Assembly: GCA_963700635.1 (NCBI GenBank) | Contig: CAVOYH010000004.1 | Span: forward strand, 576,001-640,000 | DNA from: an uncultured Bacteroidota bacterium | GTDB taxonomy: Bacteria; Bacteroidota; Ignavibacteria; UBA10030; UBA6906 | Reading direction: 5' to 3' | DNA: 64,000 nt | Part shown: positions 10,561 to 21,164 of the stretch, one piece after another | Layout of the letters: the number at the start of each line of letters is the position of its first letter | Position numbering within the stretch: the first letter of the stretch is position 1 | Program-made: the position numbers and the translations under genes | Notes under the pieces: generated by a model | The model's database searches: none | Seen by the model: the letters and a program-made list of their open reading frames with translations, nothing else | What the model was told of the DNA's origin: nothing

Positions 10561-10616
10561 GGGAATCTCCGCGGACGTGAGTGATCCCGATGGCAAGGAG
10601 AGCAATGATACACTTT

Positions 10617-10645
10617 AAGATAGGCCGGGGCTTGGCGAGAGTCAA
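10617..10645 (-). promoter_or_regulatory. Sigma70-type promoter of the kinase gene
   Basis: Minus strand TTGACT-17 nt-TATCTT. Confidence 0.55.
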
Positions 10646-10696
10646 GCCGGAGTTCTGCGTGGACCCCCGCCAGCCTTTAGCGCTCGCATGCTACAG

Positions 10697-11548
10697 TCAA
10701 CTCTCTGCAACCTGCCGCAGGAATTCCCGGCTGGCCTGTGCCGTCTGCTCGGTTGTATCTTCCAACAAAATGCTGATGCCCGGTTTGTCATTGACGGCAA
10801 ACTTCATTACCAGATCGTGCCGCAGTTTTCCAAGACCTGCGCCTGCACTTTTGATCTGGCCGTTTTCCACGACAAAATCCTTCGCATGAATAATCGCGAT
10901 CCGGTCTCCGAACAGTTCGAACGATTCGCCGATGACCCGCTCCTGCTCGTGAACATTGTCAAGCGAGAGGAGATTCACCGGATCGAAGACAACCTGCAGA
11001 TTATTCGACGCGACAGTATCCAGCATCCGCCTCATTTTTTGGGGCGTCGAAACGACGTGTGATGCCACCGCCTCAATGCCGACGATGACGCCGAACCGTT
11101 CGGCTTCGGCGGCAAGTTCTGCGATGCTCGCGAGTGATTGTTCGAACGCTGCCTCGCCGTGGTTTCCGGGATGAGGTGAATAGTCCGCGTTGAGGGAACC
11201 GGTTTCGAGCGCGACGAGCCCGTTCCCGAATTCACGGGCATAGCGCAGATGTTCCTTAAAAAGTCCTAGCAGCGATTGTCGTGTCGCGGGATCGGGGTGG
11301 ATCGGATTCACGTAGCAGCCGAGCACCGCGATTTGAACCCCATGATTCTGAAACGCCTCTTTGATGTCAAATGCGAGACCAGGATTAAGAACACCGGGTT
11401 TTAACGTAAATCCGGCGATGGCCTTGCCGAGTGCGAGTTGTGCGCAGACCAACTGCTTTGCCGCGATCTTCGCAGCGAGTTCTCCTGCTGGCAGGCAACC
11501 AAAATCGTGGGCACGCACACCGATGCGAATGGGTACGGAGGAACTCAT
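10697..11548 (-). CDS. Sugar phosphate isomerase/epimerase (xylose isomerase-like TIM barrel)
   Basis: GVRAHDFG, LGCYVNPIHPD, IEAV, FDPVN, HAKD motifs. Confidence 0.88.
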   Translation of the reverse strand: MSSSVPIRIGVRAHDFGCLPAGELAAKIAAKQLVCAQLALGKAIAGFTLKPGVLNPGLAFDIKEAFQNHGVQIAVLGCYVNPIHPDPATRQSLLGLFKEHLRYAREFGNGLVALETGSLNADYSPHPGNHGEAAFEQSLASIAELAAEAERFGVIVGIEAVASHVVSTPQKMRRMLDTVASNNLQVVFDPVNLLSLDNVHEQERVIGESFELFGDRIAIIHAKDFVVENGQIKSAGAGLGKLRHDLVMKFAVNDKPGISILLEDTTEQTAQASREFLRQVAES

Positions 11549-12666
11549 GTCGCTGCCTCAATTGTTGCGGACCTTTTCTGAAACAGGTATTCACTGAGCA
11601 TCAGAAGTGTCAAACCCTGACCGTACAGCGTCGGATAGCGAGTCAGTTGTCCATACGCATCAATCGTAGGCATGATTGGCGTCCCTCCCGATACGCCTTC
11701 GACTGCGCCTTCGGGATTGATCTTTGTGATCACTCCCTCCATGGCTTTGAGGGCACTCACCATCGTGCCGGGCTCCAGCATACCGAGACGTACCGCTTTC
11801 ATCATGCCGCCGGCATTGCCTGCACTACCTGATGTTTCCTGATAAAAATCGGGTCTGTCCATGACGGTGTGCCATAGACCATTTGCCGCCTGGTATTTCA
11901 AAATGCCATGCACCAGTTTCTCATACCTCGCGGTGATTTCTTTCGGCACTTCCACCATGTCACGTATCGTCTCGATTATCATTGGAGCGCCAATCACCAC
12001 CCATGAATTTCCTCTGGTCCAGAGGGCGCCCGACATATGGTGCTTTCCCACACAATGATACCCATGAAAAAGAATCCCGGTCTTCTCGTCTTGCAGAAGT
12101 TGCAGGTGCGAAAGTAATTGTTTGATGACCTGGTCGGCGATGGTGGTATTCGACGTCAGTTTCGCGGTGCGTGACAGAAAGACCAATGCCATAAAGACAG
12201 TATCTGCCCATACTTCTTCCGAAACAGATGCGCCGTGAAAGAACACGCCATCCCGGGATCTCCCCGCATTTGCCAGGACCCACTCTGCGTACTCGACCGC
12301 TGTTTCCCGATAATACGGTTCTTTGGTTCTCAAAAACATATCTGGATACATGGCAAGCGGGGTCAGGTTATTGACATGGTCTTTCTTTGCACACTGGTGC
12401 TTGTTGCGAGCCATCCAATCTTTGATATACTGCAGTATTTCTGGGTTCTGCGTCTTCTCATAGTAGTCCGAAATGGCTGTCATGCCAACTCCTGCATTCC
12501 AGTCCCAATCATCAATATCCATACCCCAGCTGGCAGGATCATGGTCCACCTCATGTGCTGTCACCTGGGTGAGTCCTGCGGTTCCTCTCTTCATATACGC
12601 ATAGACCTGACTTGCTTTTTCTTGCGCCAATGGTAGATTCATGTCGTTTTTGCCTTTTTTTGTCAA
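11545..12666 (-). CDS. Glycoside hydrolase family 88/105 (unsaturated glycuronyl hydrolase, YteR-like)
   Basis: WDWNAG, WADTVFM, LFHG, WTRGNSW, GLWHTV, ETSGSA motifs. The start may be the downstream ATG at 12642. Confidence 0.88.
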   Translation of the reverse strand: MTKKGKNDMNLPLAQEKASQVYAYMKRGTAGLTQVTAHEVDHDPASWGMDIDDWDWNAGVGMTAISDYYEKTQNPEILQYIKDWMARNKHQCAKKDHVNNLTPLAMYPDMFLRTKEPYYRETAVEYAEWVLANAGRSRDGVFFHGASVSEEVWADTVFMALVFLSRTAKLTSNTTIADQVIKQLLSHLQLLQDEKTGILFHGYHCVGKHHMSGALWTRGNSWVVIGAPMIIETIRDMVEVPKEITARYEKLVHGILKYQAANGLWHTVMDRPDFYQETSGSAGNAGGMMKAVRLGMLEPGTMVSALKAMEGVITKINPEGAVEGVSGGTPIMPTIDAYGQLTRYPTLYGQGLTLLMLSEYLFQKRSATIEAAT

Positions 12667-12757
12667 TTCCTACGTCTTTTGTTTGATTGCCGTCCTTCTT
12701 CACCGAGCTGCAGCCCGTCATACAATAGCGAAATTCTTTTGAAATCGATACTCCTAT

Positions 12758-13600
12758 TCAAACCGGCAATCTTCTTCGTGCTACCGGAAAGACCGGAAAT
12801 TTTGCGTGCGGCTCCAGCTGATACCAATACGCTGTGGATGCAATGTCGTGAGCAAGAGGCCGGTATTTTCGGGGTTGGCCCGGCCACCAGCCCAATGCCT
12901 GAATTGTCACTTTGATGTCCTGTTCGAAACAGATGGGATCCAGAAGATGCCAGCGATACATGCTCCACTTCGGCGGACCATCTTCATTGTGCTGCTTTAG
13001 GGTATTGCCCGAGTAGGCGGTAGTGTAGACCTGGGGGAATCCATAACTTCCGCAGAAATAATCTTCGGTGCCGGTCCCGCAAATGGTCGGAAACCGGGTG
13101 TCGCCATCCAGGTAAACTTTCAATTCACCTTCGCCGAACCATCCATCAGACAATTGTATCCAGGCCAGGAAGGTACCAACATACCGTCCTTGCCCTTTCA
13201 CATTGTCAAGAATGACGAAGTCGGGCCGCTCCGGGTTCGTCACAGCACGGCGCCACTGAGCATGAAAATAACCGGCATCTTCCGGAACAGCGGTTTCGGC
13301 GTAGGTAATCTGATATGCCAGAAGATCCAGATCCTCAGCACCCTCATTCGTAAAAGTGATCCGGACATGTTTCCGGAACGACATCGGCCAATAACAATTC
13401 AAAGCGTTGAGCGGGTTCACCACAACAGCCAGTGAATTGACCGGAGCAAACAGTTCGTGCCCCACCGCGAAAAAATCAGGCGCCGGCACTTCGACGGAAG
13501 GAGTCGTTTCGCCATCGGACAACATCCCCGACGTAAATTTAGGGAGAAATTTCGATAGAAGCACATCTCCTTCATGGACAACCTTTTTCATCTCTGTCAT
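12758..13600 (-). pseudogene. DUF2961 / GH172 family glycoside hydrolase, apparently 5'-truncated
   Basis: DGETTPSVEVP..DFF, NCYWPMSF, GWFGEGELK, TICGTGTEDYF and YRWH..DPI are present, but the usual N-terminal part is replaced by unrelated sequence. Confidence 0.7.
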
Positions 13601-13711
13601 CCGTTCGTTGAAGTACTCCTGCTCGACGTCGTATGAGGGATTGACATCAAAAAAATGTTATATTGTTGTTAGTCGCAGTCGCTTGTGGACCTCCACCTCC
13701 CTTGAGTCGAC

Positions 13712-16700
13712 ATGCCGATGCAGAGTTTAAGGATTTTCGCCGCTCTTGGATGCGAAATCAGCATCGCCGCACTCATTCTGTGCCCGTCTCTTGCCTTCTC
13801 TCAATCACTGACCCACAGGGCTAATCCGGAACTATCGGTAATTCAACAGGCAAAGGGCTTACAACCGCTGCGTTCCAGACTGCCGGGGGCATCTGCCATA
13901 GACGATTCAGCATTTGCGCTGCGAAGGGCGCTCCGACCCCTGCGTCACCAGGAATTCCGGATCGCGCCCAGTGAGAGTCTCCGTGTTCTAGGGTTCTCGA
14001 CATTCAACTCGATCGCGGGGCCAGCACAGGAAATACCTTATGCCATCGCAGCCGACGATTCCGGCAATACCTATATCACTGGAACGGGAACCCTCGTTCC
14101 CAATGGGTGCAGCTATCTGACGATCAAGATCGACCCGACCGGTCGGACGCAGTGGATGGCGCGATACACGAACGAAACTCCCATGTCTTCGCACAGCGCA
14201 ACCGGAATCGTCGTAGACAATGACGGCAATGTGATTGTGACCGGGACGAGCGAAGGGGCTTCGGGAACTGATGACATTGCCACGGTGAAATACGATCAGA
14301 ATGGCATACAACTCTGGGCTGCCCGTTATGACGGAATCTCAGGTGGTGACGATGCGGCGGTGGGAATTGCGCTTGATAGTGCCGGTTCCATTTGCGTCAC
14401 CGGCTCCACAATCGGCAGCAACGCGTCTGGGGACATAGTCGTCCTGAAGTACCGTCCCGATGGCACTCAGGTGTGGTCAGCCCACTATGATGGGAATGAT
14501 CATCTTGAAGACGGTGCCGTAGCGATGACGGCGACTCCGTCGGGGGATCTTGTTGTGGTTGCCCAATCAGTCAATGCGCGAGGGGATTGGGACTACCTCA
14601 CGATCTGCTTCGATAGCACAGGCGCTCTCCGGTGGGCAGCACGCTACGACAGGGGGCCGGGGTATGACGAGTATGTCTGGGCTGTCGATGGCAATGATAG
14701 TGGCAATGTTTACGTGACCGGGTGGAGCAGCAATCATACCAACTCCCATGAAACGGTGACCATGTCGTATTCTCCTTCGGGCTCGCAGCGATGGCTGGCA
14801 CGATATAGTGTTCCAAATAATGGGTATATGTTTCCATACGCTATCGCAGTTGATTCCCGGGATGATGTCATCGTTACGGGTCAGCACGAAGGTGGCGGAT
14901 CCGGCGACCTCGGGACCATTGCGTACGACAGTGTGGGCAATCAACGCTGGATAGACGTGTATGATGGACCCGCCGGGGATTACGACGCGGGCCGGGACGT
15001 TACCATCGGTAAAGACGGATCCGTCTATGTCGTTGGCGAGAGCCGTGGTAGTGGAGCCATCTGGGGTGCACAGGATGACTTTGTCTCGATAAAATTCACC
15101 AGGGATGGCGTGCGAGAGTGGGTTCGGCGATACAATGGTCCAGCGGACGGCTACGATCAGGGCGCGCATTGTATCCTTGACGGGGAAATGAACCTTACGG
15201 TGGCGGGACGGAGCGAACGAGCCAATACCGACAATGACATTGCCGTTGTCCGATATGACAGATTCGGCACAGAGCAATGGGTTACGCGTTATGACGGTGA
15301 CGGCTCATCGTATGTCGTCCCAACCGCCGTGTCCACTGACGCAAGCGGTAATATCTATCTGCTGGGATCAAGTAGCAGGAGTGGGAGTTGGTATGATATG
15401 GCGTTGTGCAAGTTCGACCGGGATGGTGTCCTGCAATGGTCGAGGACGTTTGAATTGACACCCGGCGGGTATGATTGGTTTCCTTTCCTTGCCGTGGATC
15501 GAGAGGGGAGTGTTGTCGTATGCGGAGAGGGTGATGCCCCGAACTCTTCATACCGGGACATTGTGACGATCAAATACGACTCTACGGGAAAACAACTCTG
15601 GGTCCGGACGTACAACAGCCCCGCAAACGACTGGGACTATCCCACCGGCATGCAGGTGGACAGCCAGGGCAATATCGTTGTTGTCGGAACAACCTCATCC
15701 AACTCGATTTTAGTCATCAAGTACGATACGAATGGCAACGAGTTGTGGAAGTATGGCTCCACGGTCAGCGGCAGCAGCGAGCTCGGCCCGGTTATCGACA
15801 AGGGCGGCAACGTCTATTCAATGCTTCTGCGGTATGGTTCACAAGGTGGCATCACTCTCCTCAAACACTCGGCCCGGGGCCAGTTATGTTGGACGGTTGA
15901 CTGGTCCGTCCCGCAGTCCAGCATCCTTCCCGTTGACATCGCCGTGGATCGGTTTGGATTTGTGTTCCTTCTTTCGAAGCTGGGCAAATCCGGATCGTCA
16001 GATGTGATGACCGTAACCAAATTCAGCCCACTCGGACGTCTCCATCTGGACTGCGAGCGAAGAACCATCGGCGGGGGCGCAATGGGGCTTCTCTCACCGC
16101 CTGTTTGTTGACGAGGCCGGACGTTGTGTGATCGCGGGAACGAGTTGGTCGTATTCAGCGGGGGCAACAAGATTGGAAATGGTGGCCCTGGACGACAAAG
16201 GCCAGAAACGCTGGAGCAGCTCGGGCTCCACCGGCAGAAACTCAACAATTCAGCATCTCCGGGGACTGTCCAACGGCGGATATGAAGTCGCGGTAACGAT
16301 AGACGGCAGGGAGCTACAAGTGCTTCAATACGCAGATGACGGCCAGAGGCTCAGCATCCATGGCCTCCCCCTGAGTGTATTCACCGGATCCACACAAATT
16401 GCCTCAATCAATAGATTCGGCGAAATGGTACTGGCGGGTGCGCGCAGTGGCCCAGGGTGGGCGACGTCCGTAGTATTAAGGATCGGGGGCTTCCCCGCGG
16501 CACGTGAGGTCGTCCCGCCATTCATAGCTGGTACGGTGCGACTCGAGCAGAACTTCCCCAACCCCTTTAACAACTTAACAGTAATTCACTTTGCCCTGTC
16601 CATGTCCGCTCATACGACGGTCAGCGTCTACAACAGTCTCGGACAGACGGTCTCACAGCTCATCGACGATGACCTCCCATCGGGGGAACACAACATCGTT

Positions 16701-16793
16701 TGGGATGCCCGTGGCATGGCGAGTGGGCTTTACCTGGTGGTGGTCAGAGCCGGAGCAGGACAGGCGGCAACAAAAGCGATTCTCCTCAGGTGA
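13712..16793 (+). CDS. SBBP-type beta-propeller repeat protein with T9SS CTD (single gene, frameshift near 16045)
   Basis: Repeated D..GN.YVTG / W..RY.G modules in 13712..16111. The alternative frame continues WTASEEPSAGAQWGFSHRLFVDEAG into ORF 16128..16793, which ends with the LEQNFPNPFN CTD. Confidence 0.8.
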
Positions 16794-16803
16794 GGGGGGG
16801 TCG

Positions 16804-18213
16804 TCAGTTCTCGTGCACATCAGGATCAAAAGCAGGGAGGCTGACGCGAAATTCCGTCCGGCCGGGTTCGCTTGCCACTTCGATCTCGCCGTTGTGCCAG
16901 TCCACGATCCGCCGGACAATATCCAGGCCGAGTCCCGTCCCTTCGCCAATCGATTTGGTCGTAAAGAACGGATCGAAGATTTGGGCCTTCGTGTCCGGGG
17001 GAATCCCCGGTCCGTCGTCTATTACCCGGACAACGACTGCTGGCCCTTCATGCACAGCAGTCACGATGATGCGCCCGTTGTCGGGGGCGGCATCGATTGC
17101 ATTGTCCAGAAGGTTCATCCAGATCTGGTTTATTTCCGCGCTGAGCCCGTAGGCGGAGGGAAGATCCGTGGGCGTGTCGAGTGTGATGGCTACAGATTTG
17201 TTCCTTGCCTTGCCCCCGAGAAGCGCGATCGTATCCGTTAATCCTGCCGGGATGTCCACCGGACCCTGATCCGGTGCCCGGTCCATGTGTGTGAAGCCCT
17301 TGACCGCGGTGACGAGTGAGTGAATGCGGCCGGCTGCGCGTTCTATATTGATCGCCAGCGAACGTGCTTCACAACCCGCAGTAATCCACCGGAGCGCAGC
17401 ATTGAGGCCGGCTCCCGTGAGAATGGAGGCAAGGCGGTTCAGTGTCTCATCGGCTACGGCGATACGGGCCAGCTCTCCGGCCATACCTGTGTCGGCTCCA
17501 CGGGATTCAAGCCACACGAGGATCTCCTCCTCTCTGTCAGAGAGCGCTAATCCCGAGATTGCCGGGTTGGTAGACCCGGTGATGCACAGGGTGTGGAGAC
17601 TGTCAAGTTCCGCCAGTTGAGGGGCGGTGAGGCCTGAGGAGCCGAGCCTCCGGGCTGCTTCTTCCGCCGCAAGCAGAGCACCCATTAACGATTTTGCATC
17701 ACGCATGGCGGCTGAGGCAGGATTGTTCAGTTCGTGAGCAAGGCCTGCCGCGAGCTTTCCGAGAGAGACCATCTTTTCATTACGAAGGTCTGCCGAGGTG
17801 AATCGCCGGGCACGATCGAGCATCGCATGGACCAGAATTGACGTGACTTCATGACATTCGCGAATCAACGCGGGTAAATCGCTGCGATGAAGAGTGAGGG
17901 ATTCGACCGACTCTTCGACAAGCGTATTGCCCGGCGACGTGACCATTCGTGAATAGGGTAGAACCCCGGTAACGTCGCCATCCCGCCATTCCATGATCCG
18001 TCGCTGGGTCGTCCCCAGAGTCTGGTAGAATGCCAACCGGCCGGAAAGCAGAATCTGGAGTGACTCGACGACCTCTCCGTGATGGAGGACAACCTTACCC
18101 GGCGGGTAATGATTGAGTGTGCCGTGGGTGGCCAGCCAGGATAGTTCAGTGCGCGGAGCCTTGCCGACTGTCCGATGAGATGCGAGGCGATCAATGAGTT
18201 CTTCGATATTCAC
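16804..18213 (-). CDS. Sensor histidine kinase with N-terminal cyclic-nucleotide-binding domain
   Basis: cNMP-like N-terminus; AAGLAHELNNP H-box; NLLDNAIDA, DDGPGI, FDPFFTTK, GTGLGL. Confidence 0.9.
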   Translation of the reverse strand: MNIEELIDRLASHRTVGKAPRTELSWLATHGTLNHYPPGKVVLHHGEVVESLQILLSGRLAFYQTLGTTQRRIMEWRDGDVTGVLPYSRMVTSPGNTLVEESVESLTLHRSDLPALIRECHEVTSILVHAMLDRARRFTSADLRNEKMVSLGKLAAGLAHELNNPASAAMRDAKSLMGALLAAEEAARRLGSSGLTAPQLAELDSLHTLCITGSTNPAISGLALSDREEEILVWLESRGADTGMAGELARIAVADETLNRLASILTGAGLNAALRWITAGCEARSLAINIERAAGRIHSLVTAVKGFTHMDRAPDQGPVDIPAGLTDTIALLGGKARNKSVAITLDTPTDLPSAYGLSAEINQIWMNLLDNAIDAAPDNGRIIVTAVHEGPAVVVRVIDDGPGIPPDTKAQIFDPFFTTKSIGEGTGLGLDIVRRIVDWHNGEIEVASEPGRTEFRVSLPAFDPDVHEN

Positions 18214-18400
18214 GTCATTTCCCTTTAAATTCGTCCTTCAGATGAAAAAAAATTACTTTCATCCATGCTCCTCAGTTAACGTTTCTCGGCCCCTTTCAGT
18301 TTCCGCGTTCGGCTTTTGAATAATAGGGATCCCCGGCAGGAACCTGGAAACGGATTAAAACGTTGCCATTTGGATAGGGACACAAGGGAGGGAAAGAAAC

Positions 18401-20062
18401 TTGGCAAAACCGGTAATCATGACCGTCGACGACGACCCACAGGTGCTTTCGGCGATCGAGCGCGATCTCCGTCAGCACTACCAGAATGACTACCGTGTTG
18501 TGAAGGCAGGATCCGCAGGTGAAGCCCTTGATACCGCACGCCAGCTCAAACAGAGGGGTACCGCAGTTGCCCTTTTTCTGGTAGATCAGCGGATGCCTGA
18601 GATGACCGGCACACGATTGCTCTCCGAAATGAGGGGTCTTCACCCCGAAGCCCGCAAGGTCTTGCTCACTGCCTATGCTGATACAAGGGCTGCAATCGAT
18701 AGTATAAATGAGATCGGGCTTGATCACTATCTGATGAAGCCCTGGGACCCGCCTGATCAGAAGCTCTATCCTGTCCTTGACGATCTTCTTGCAGATTGGA
18801 GGAGTCACGCTCACCCTCCCTACGACGGCATCCGGATCGCCGGCGCGAGTCTCTCGCCCCAGAGTTACGCTGTTCGTGATTTCCTGTCGCGCAATCAGGT
18901 CCCGTACCAGTGGGTCGATATCGATGAAGACGCTGCCATGCACAAGCTCATCGAGGGTCTCCCGGAGGGCCTCACGGGGTTGCCGGTGGTGCTCTTCCCT
19001 GATGGAACATATCTGAGGGTTCCCTCAAATACCCAGCTTGCACAGAAAATCGGCCTCCAGACAGAAGCACAACGCCCGTTTTACGATGTTGCCGTCATTG
19101 GAGGTGGACCAGCGGGGCTGGCAAACACCCTCTACGCAGCCTCCGAAGGTATGCGCGTCGTCCTTGTTGAGCAGAGCGGGCCAGGCGGCCAGGCAGGAAC
19201 AAGCTCCATGATCGAAAACTACCTTGGTTTCCCCAATGGCATATCGGGTGCGGACCTTGCCCAGCGAGCGAGTGCGCAGGCCCGACGATTTGGTGCTGAG
19301 ATCCTGACCGCACAAAAGGTCGTGGGGATCCGCCGTGAAGACCCGTACAGGATCGTTCAACTGGCGGATGGAAAAGAGATCTCAGCGTATGCGGTTGTCC
19401 TTACGACGGGGATGGCGGTTCGGACACTGGATGTGCCCGGTGTAGAGACTTTCAGCGGTCGTGGTGTCTTCTATGGTGTTGCTTTGAGCGAGGCGGCTGC
19501 GTACCGGGGTCAAGATGTTTGCATAGTCGGTGGTGCGAACTCCGCGGGACAGGCAGCATTGTTCTTCTCGCGATACGCCCGGCGGGTGACGATCCTGGTG
19601 CGTGCGCCTGACATCAGCCCGGGCATGTCCCACTATCTCGTCCAGCGCGTGAAGGTCACAAAGAACATCGACATCATCCCGAAAAGGGTGGTAGTCGCCG
19701 TCTGTGGTAATGGTCACGTGGAACACGTAGTGCTGCGGGACGTTGAGACGGGCGACGACAGGAAGTTGGATACTGCAGCCATGTTCATTTGCATCGGCAC
19801 GTCGCCCCATTCCGAGTTCGTTGTAAACCTCCTGGAACGAAACGATAAGGGTTTCATTCTCACCGGACTTGACCTTCCCCGCGTCAACGGCAAGCCCCGC
19901 GGTTGGACCCTTGATCGGGATCCCCTCAATTTCGAAACAAACGTCCCCGGAATCTTTGCGGCGGGAGATGTGCGCGCCGGTGCCAACAGACGGGTCGCTG
20001 CGGCCGTGGGAGAAGGCTCTGCTGCGATCTATTCTGTTCATCGATACCTCAACACAGTGTAA
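18401..20062 (+). CDS. Response-regulator receiver fused to a glutaredoxin-like linker and thioredoxin-reductase-like FAD oxidoreductase
   Basis: VDDD...DQRMP...KPW receiver; GGGPAG, IENYLGFP, GGANSAG, AAGDVR. Confidence 0.9.
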   Translation: MAKPVIMTVDDDPQVLSAIERDLRQHYQNDYRVVKAGSAGEALDTARQLKQRGTAVALFLVDQRMPEMTGTRLLSEMRGLHPEARKVLLTAYADTRAAIDSINEIGLDHYLMKPWDPPDQKLYPVLDDLLADWRSHAHPPYDGIRIAGASLSPQSYAVRDFLSRNQVPYQWVDIDEDAAMHKLIEGLPEGLTGLPVVLFPDGTYLRVPSNTQLAQKIGLQTEAQRPFYDVAVIGGGPAGLANTLYAASEGMRVVLVEQSGPGGQAGTSSMIENYLGFPNGISGADLAQRASAQARRFGAEILTAQKVVGIRREDPYRIVQLADGKEISAYAVVLTTGMAVRTLDVPGVETFSGRGVFYGVALSEAAAYRGQDVCIVGGANSAGQAALFFSRYARRVTILVRAPDISPGMSHYLVQRVKVTKNIDIIPKRVVVAVCGNGHVEHVVLRDVETGDDRKLDTAAMFICIGTSPHSEFVVNLLERNDKGFILTGLDLPRVNGKPRGWTLDRDPLNFETNVPGIFAAGDVRAGANRRVAAAVGEGSAAIYSVHRYLNTV

Positions 20063-20092
20063 ATTCTGCAACGCACAAAGGGAGACACACCA

Positions 20093-20359
20093 ATGAAGAG
20101 GTTTCTGGTAATATCACATCACGGTGCGGCGGAGTGCAATATGGCTCTCAAACAGGTGCTTGCAATCGGATACCTGACACATTATGACTGGGGATGCAAG
20201 GATGGGGTGCATGCCGGCTGGGCGGTTATAGAAGCGGAGGACAAAGCGGAAGCATTGATGAGCGTTCCCATATTCCTCCGCAACCAGGCTCAGGTCGTGC
20301 GGCTCACGAAGTTCAAGGCGGAGCACATCGAAACGACCCATCAAACACGAGAATCATAA
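20093..20359 (+). CDS. Small hypothetical protein (HH..C / WGC..G.H pattern)
   Basis: GGAG RBS; 88 aa; directly downstream of the REC-TrxB gene. Confidence 0.7.
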   Translation: MKRFLVISHHGAAECNMALKQVLAIGYLTHYDWGCKDGVHAGWAVIEAEDKAEALMSVPIFLRNQAQVVRLTKFKAEHIETTHQTRES

Positions 20360-20368
20360 GGCCACTTT

Positions 20369-21052
20369 ATGTGTTTTTCGGCAGGAGCAAGTTTTGCAGG
20401 CGGAATTGTTATCTCTTCAATAGGAGTTGCTACTCTCAGGGAAGTTAAGAAGCCTTCTCAGGTGGCGTTCGCAGGTATTCCATTGCTCTTCGGAATCCAG
20501 CAGATTGCTGAAGGGTTCGTATGGCTGGCATTGACAAATCCTGAGTATGCTCACTTCGAGAAAGCCGGCACCTATCTGTTTCTGATGATGGCAAGGGTCA
20601 TTTGGCCGGCAATAGTTCCGCTCTCAGTGCTTCTGATGGAAGAGGATCGGATAAACAGGCGGATCCAATCCATCCTGCTTGTCATGGGCCTATCGGTCTC
20701 CCTGTATTATGCGTACTGCCTGGCGTTCCTCAACGTCTTTCCGCAAATTCTTGGTCATCATATTCAGTACATTAGCGACTTCCCGGAGTCTTTGGCAGTA
20801 CCGGTCTTTGTCATATATTTTATCGCGGGGATCACACCCCTCTTTGTCTCGAGCATCAAAAAGACACGTCTCCTGGGCGTGCTGATGTTCTTATCGTGTC
20901 TGGTCACAGCAGTGTTCTTTGTTGAATATCTCACTTCGGTCTGGTGTTTCTTTGCGGCGCTGGTAAGCGGCGTGGTTTTCTGGATCCTCAAAGGATCGGG
21001 ATACAGTCATAATCCCGAGTTGACCCGTCCCCCGAAGGGTGACCCCATTTGA
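20369..21052 (+). CDS. DUF6629-like multi-pass membrane protein
   Basis: MCFSAGASF start, QQIAEG and SVWCFFAA motifs; about 7 TM segments. Confidence 0.75.
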   Translation: MCFSAGASFAGGIVISSIGVATLREVKKPSQVAFAGIPLLFGIQQIAEGFVWLALTNPEYAHFEKAGTYLFLMMARVIWPAIVPLSVLLMEEDRINRRIQSILLVMGLSVSLYYAYCLAFLNVFPQILGHHIQYISDFPESLAVPVFVIYFIAGITPLFVSSIKKTRLLGVLMFLSCLVTAVFFVEYLTSVWCFFAALVSGVVFWILKGSGYSHNPELTRPPKGDPI

Positions 21053-21164
21053 TATGGTGGAATTCACCAGGGTAAGCAACGTGAAGCTGCCACCTTCCTG
21101 ATCCTCGCCACCGACCCCGCTGTTGAAGAGTCCCTTCCAATCGCCGGGCGATTGTCCCCTCATT

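Noticed and set aside
13990-15800. Periodic sequence in the SBBP gene as a DNA repeat element
   Set aside because: The repeats are at the protein level (propeller blades) and are diverged in DNA.
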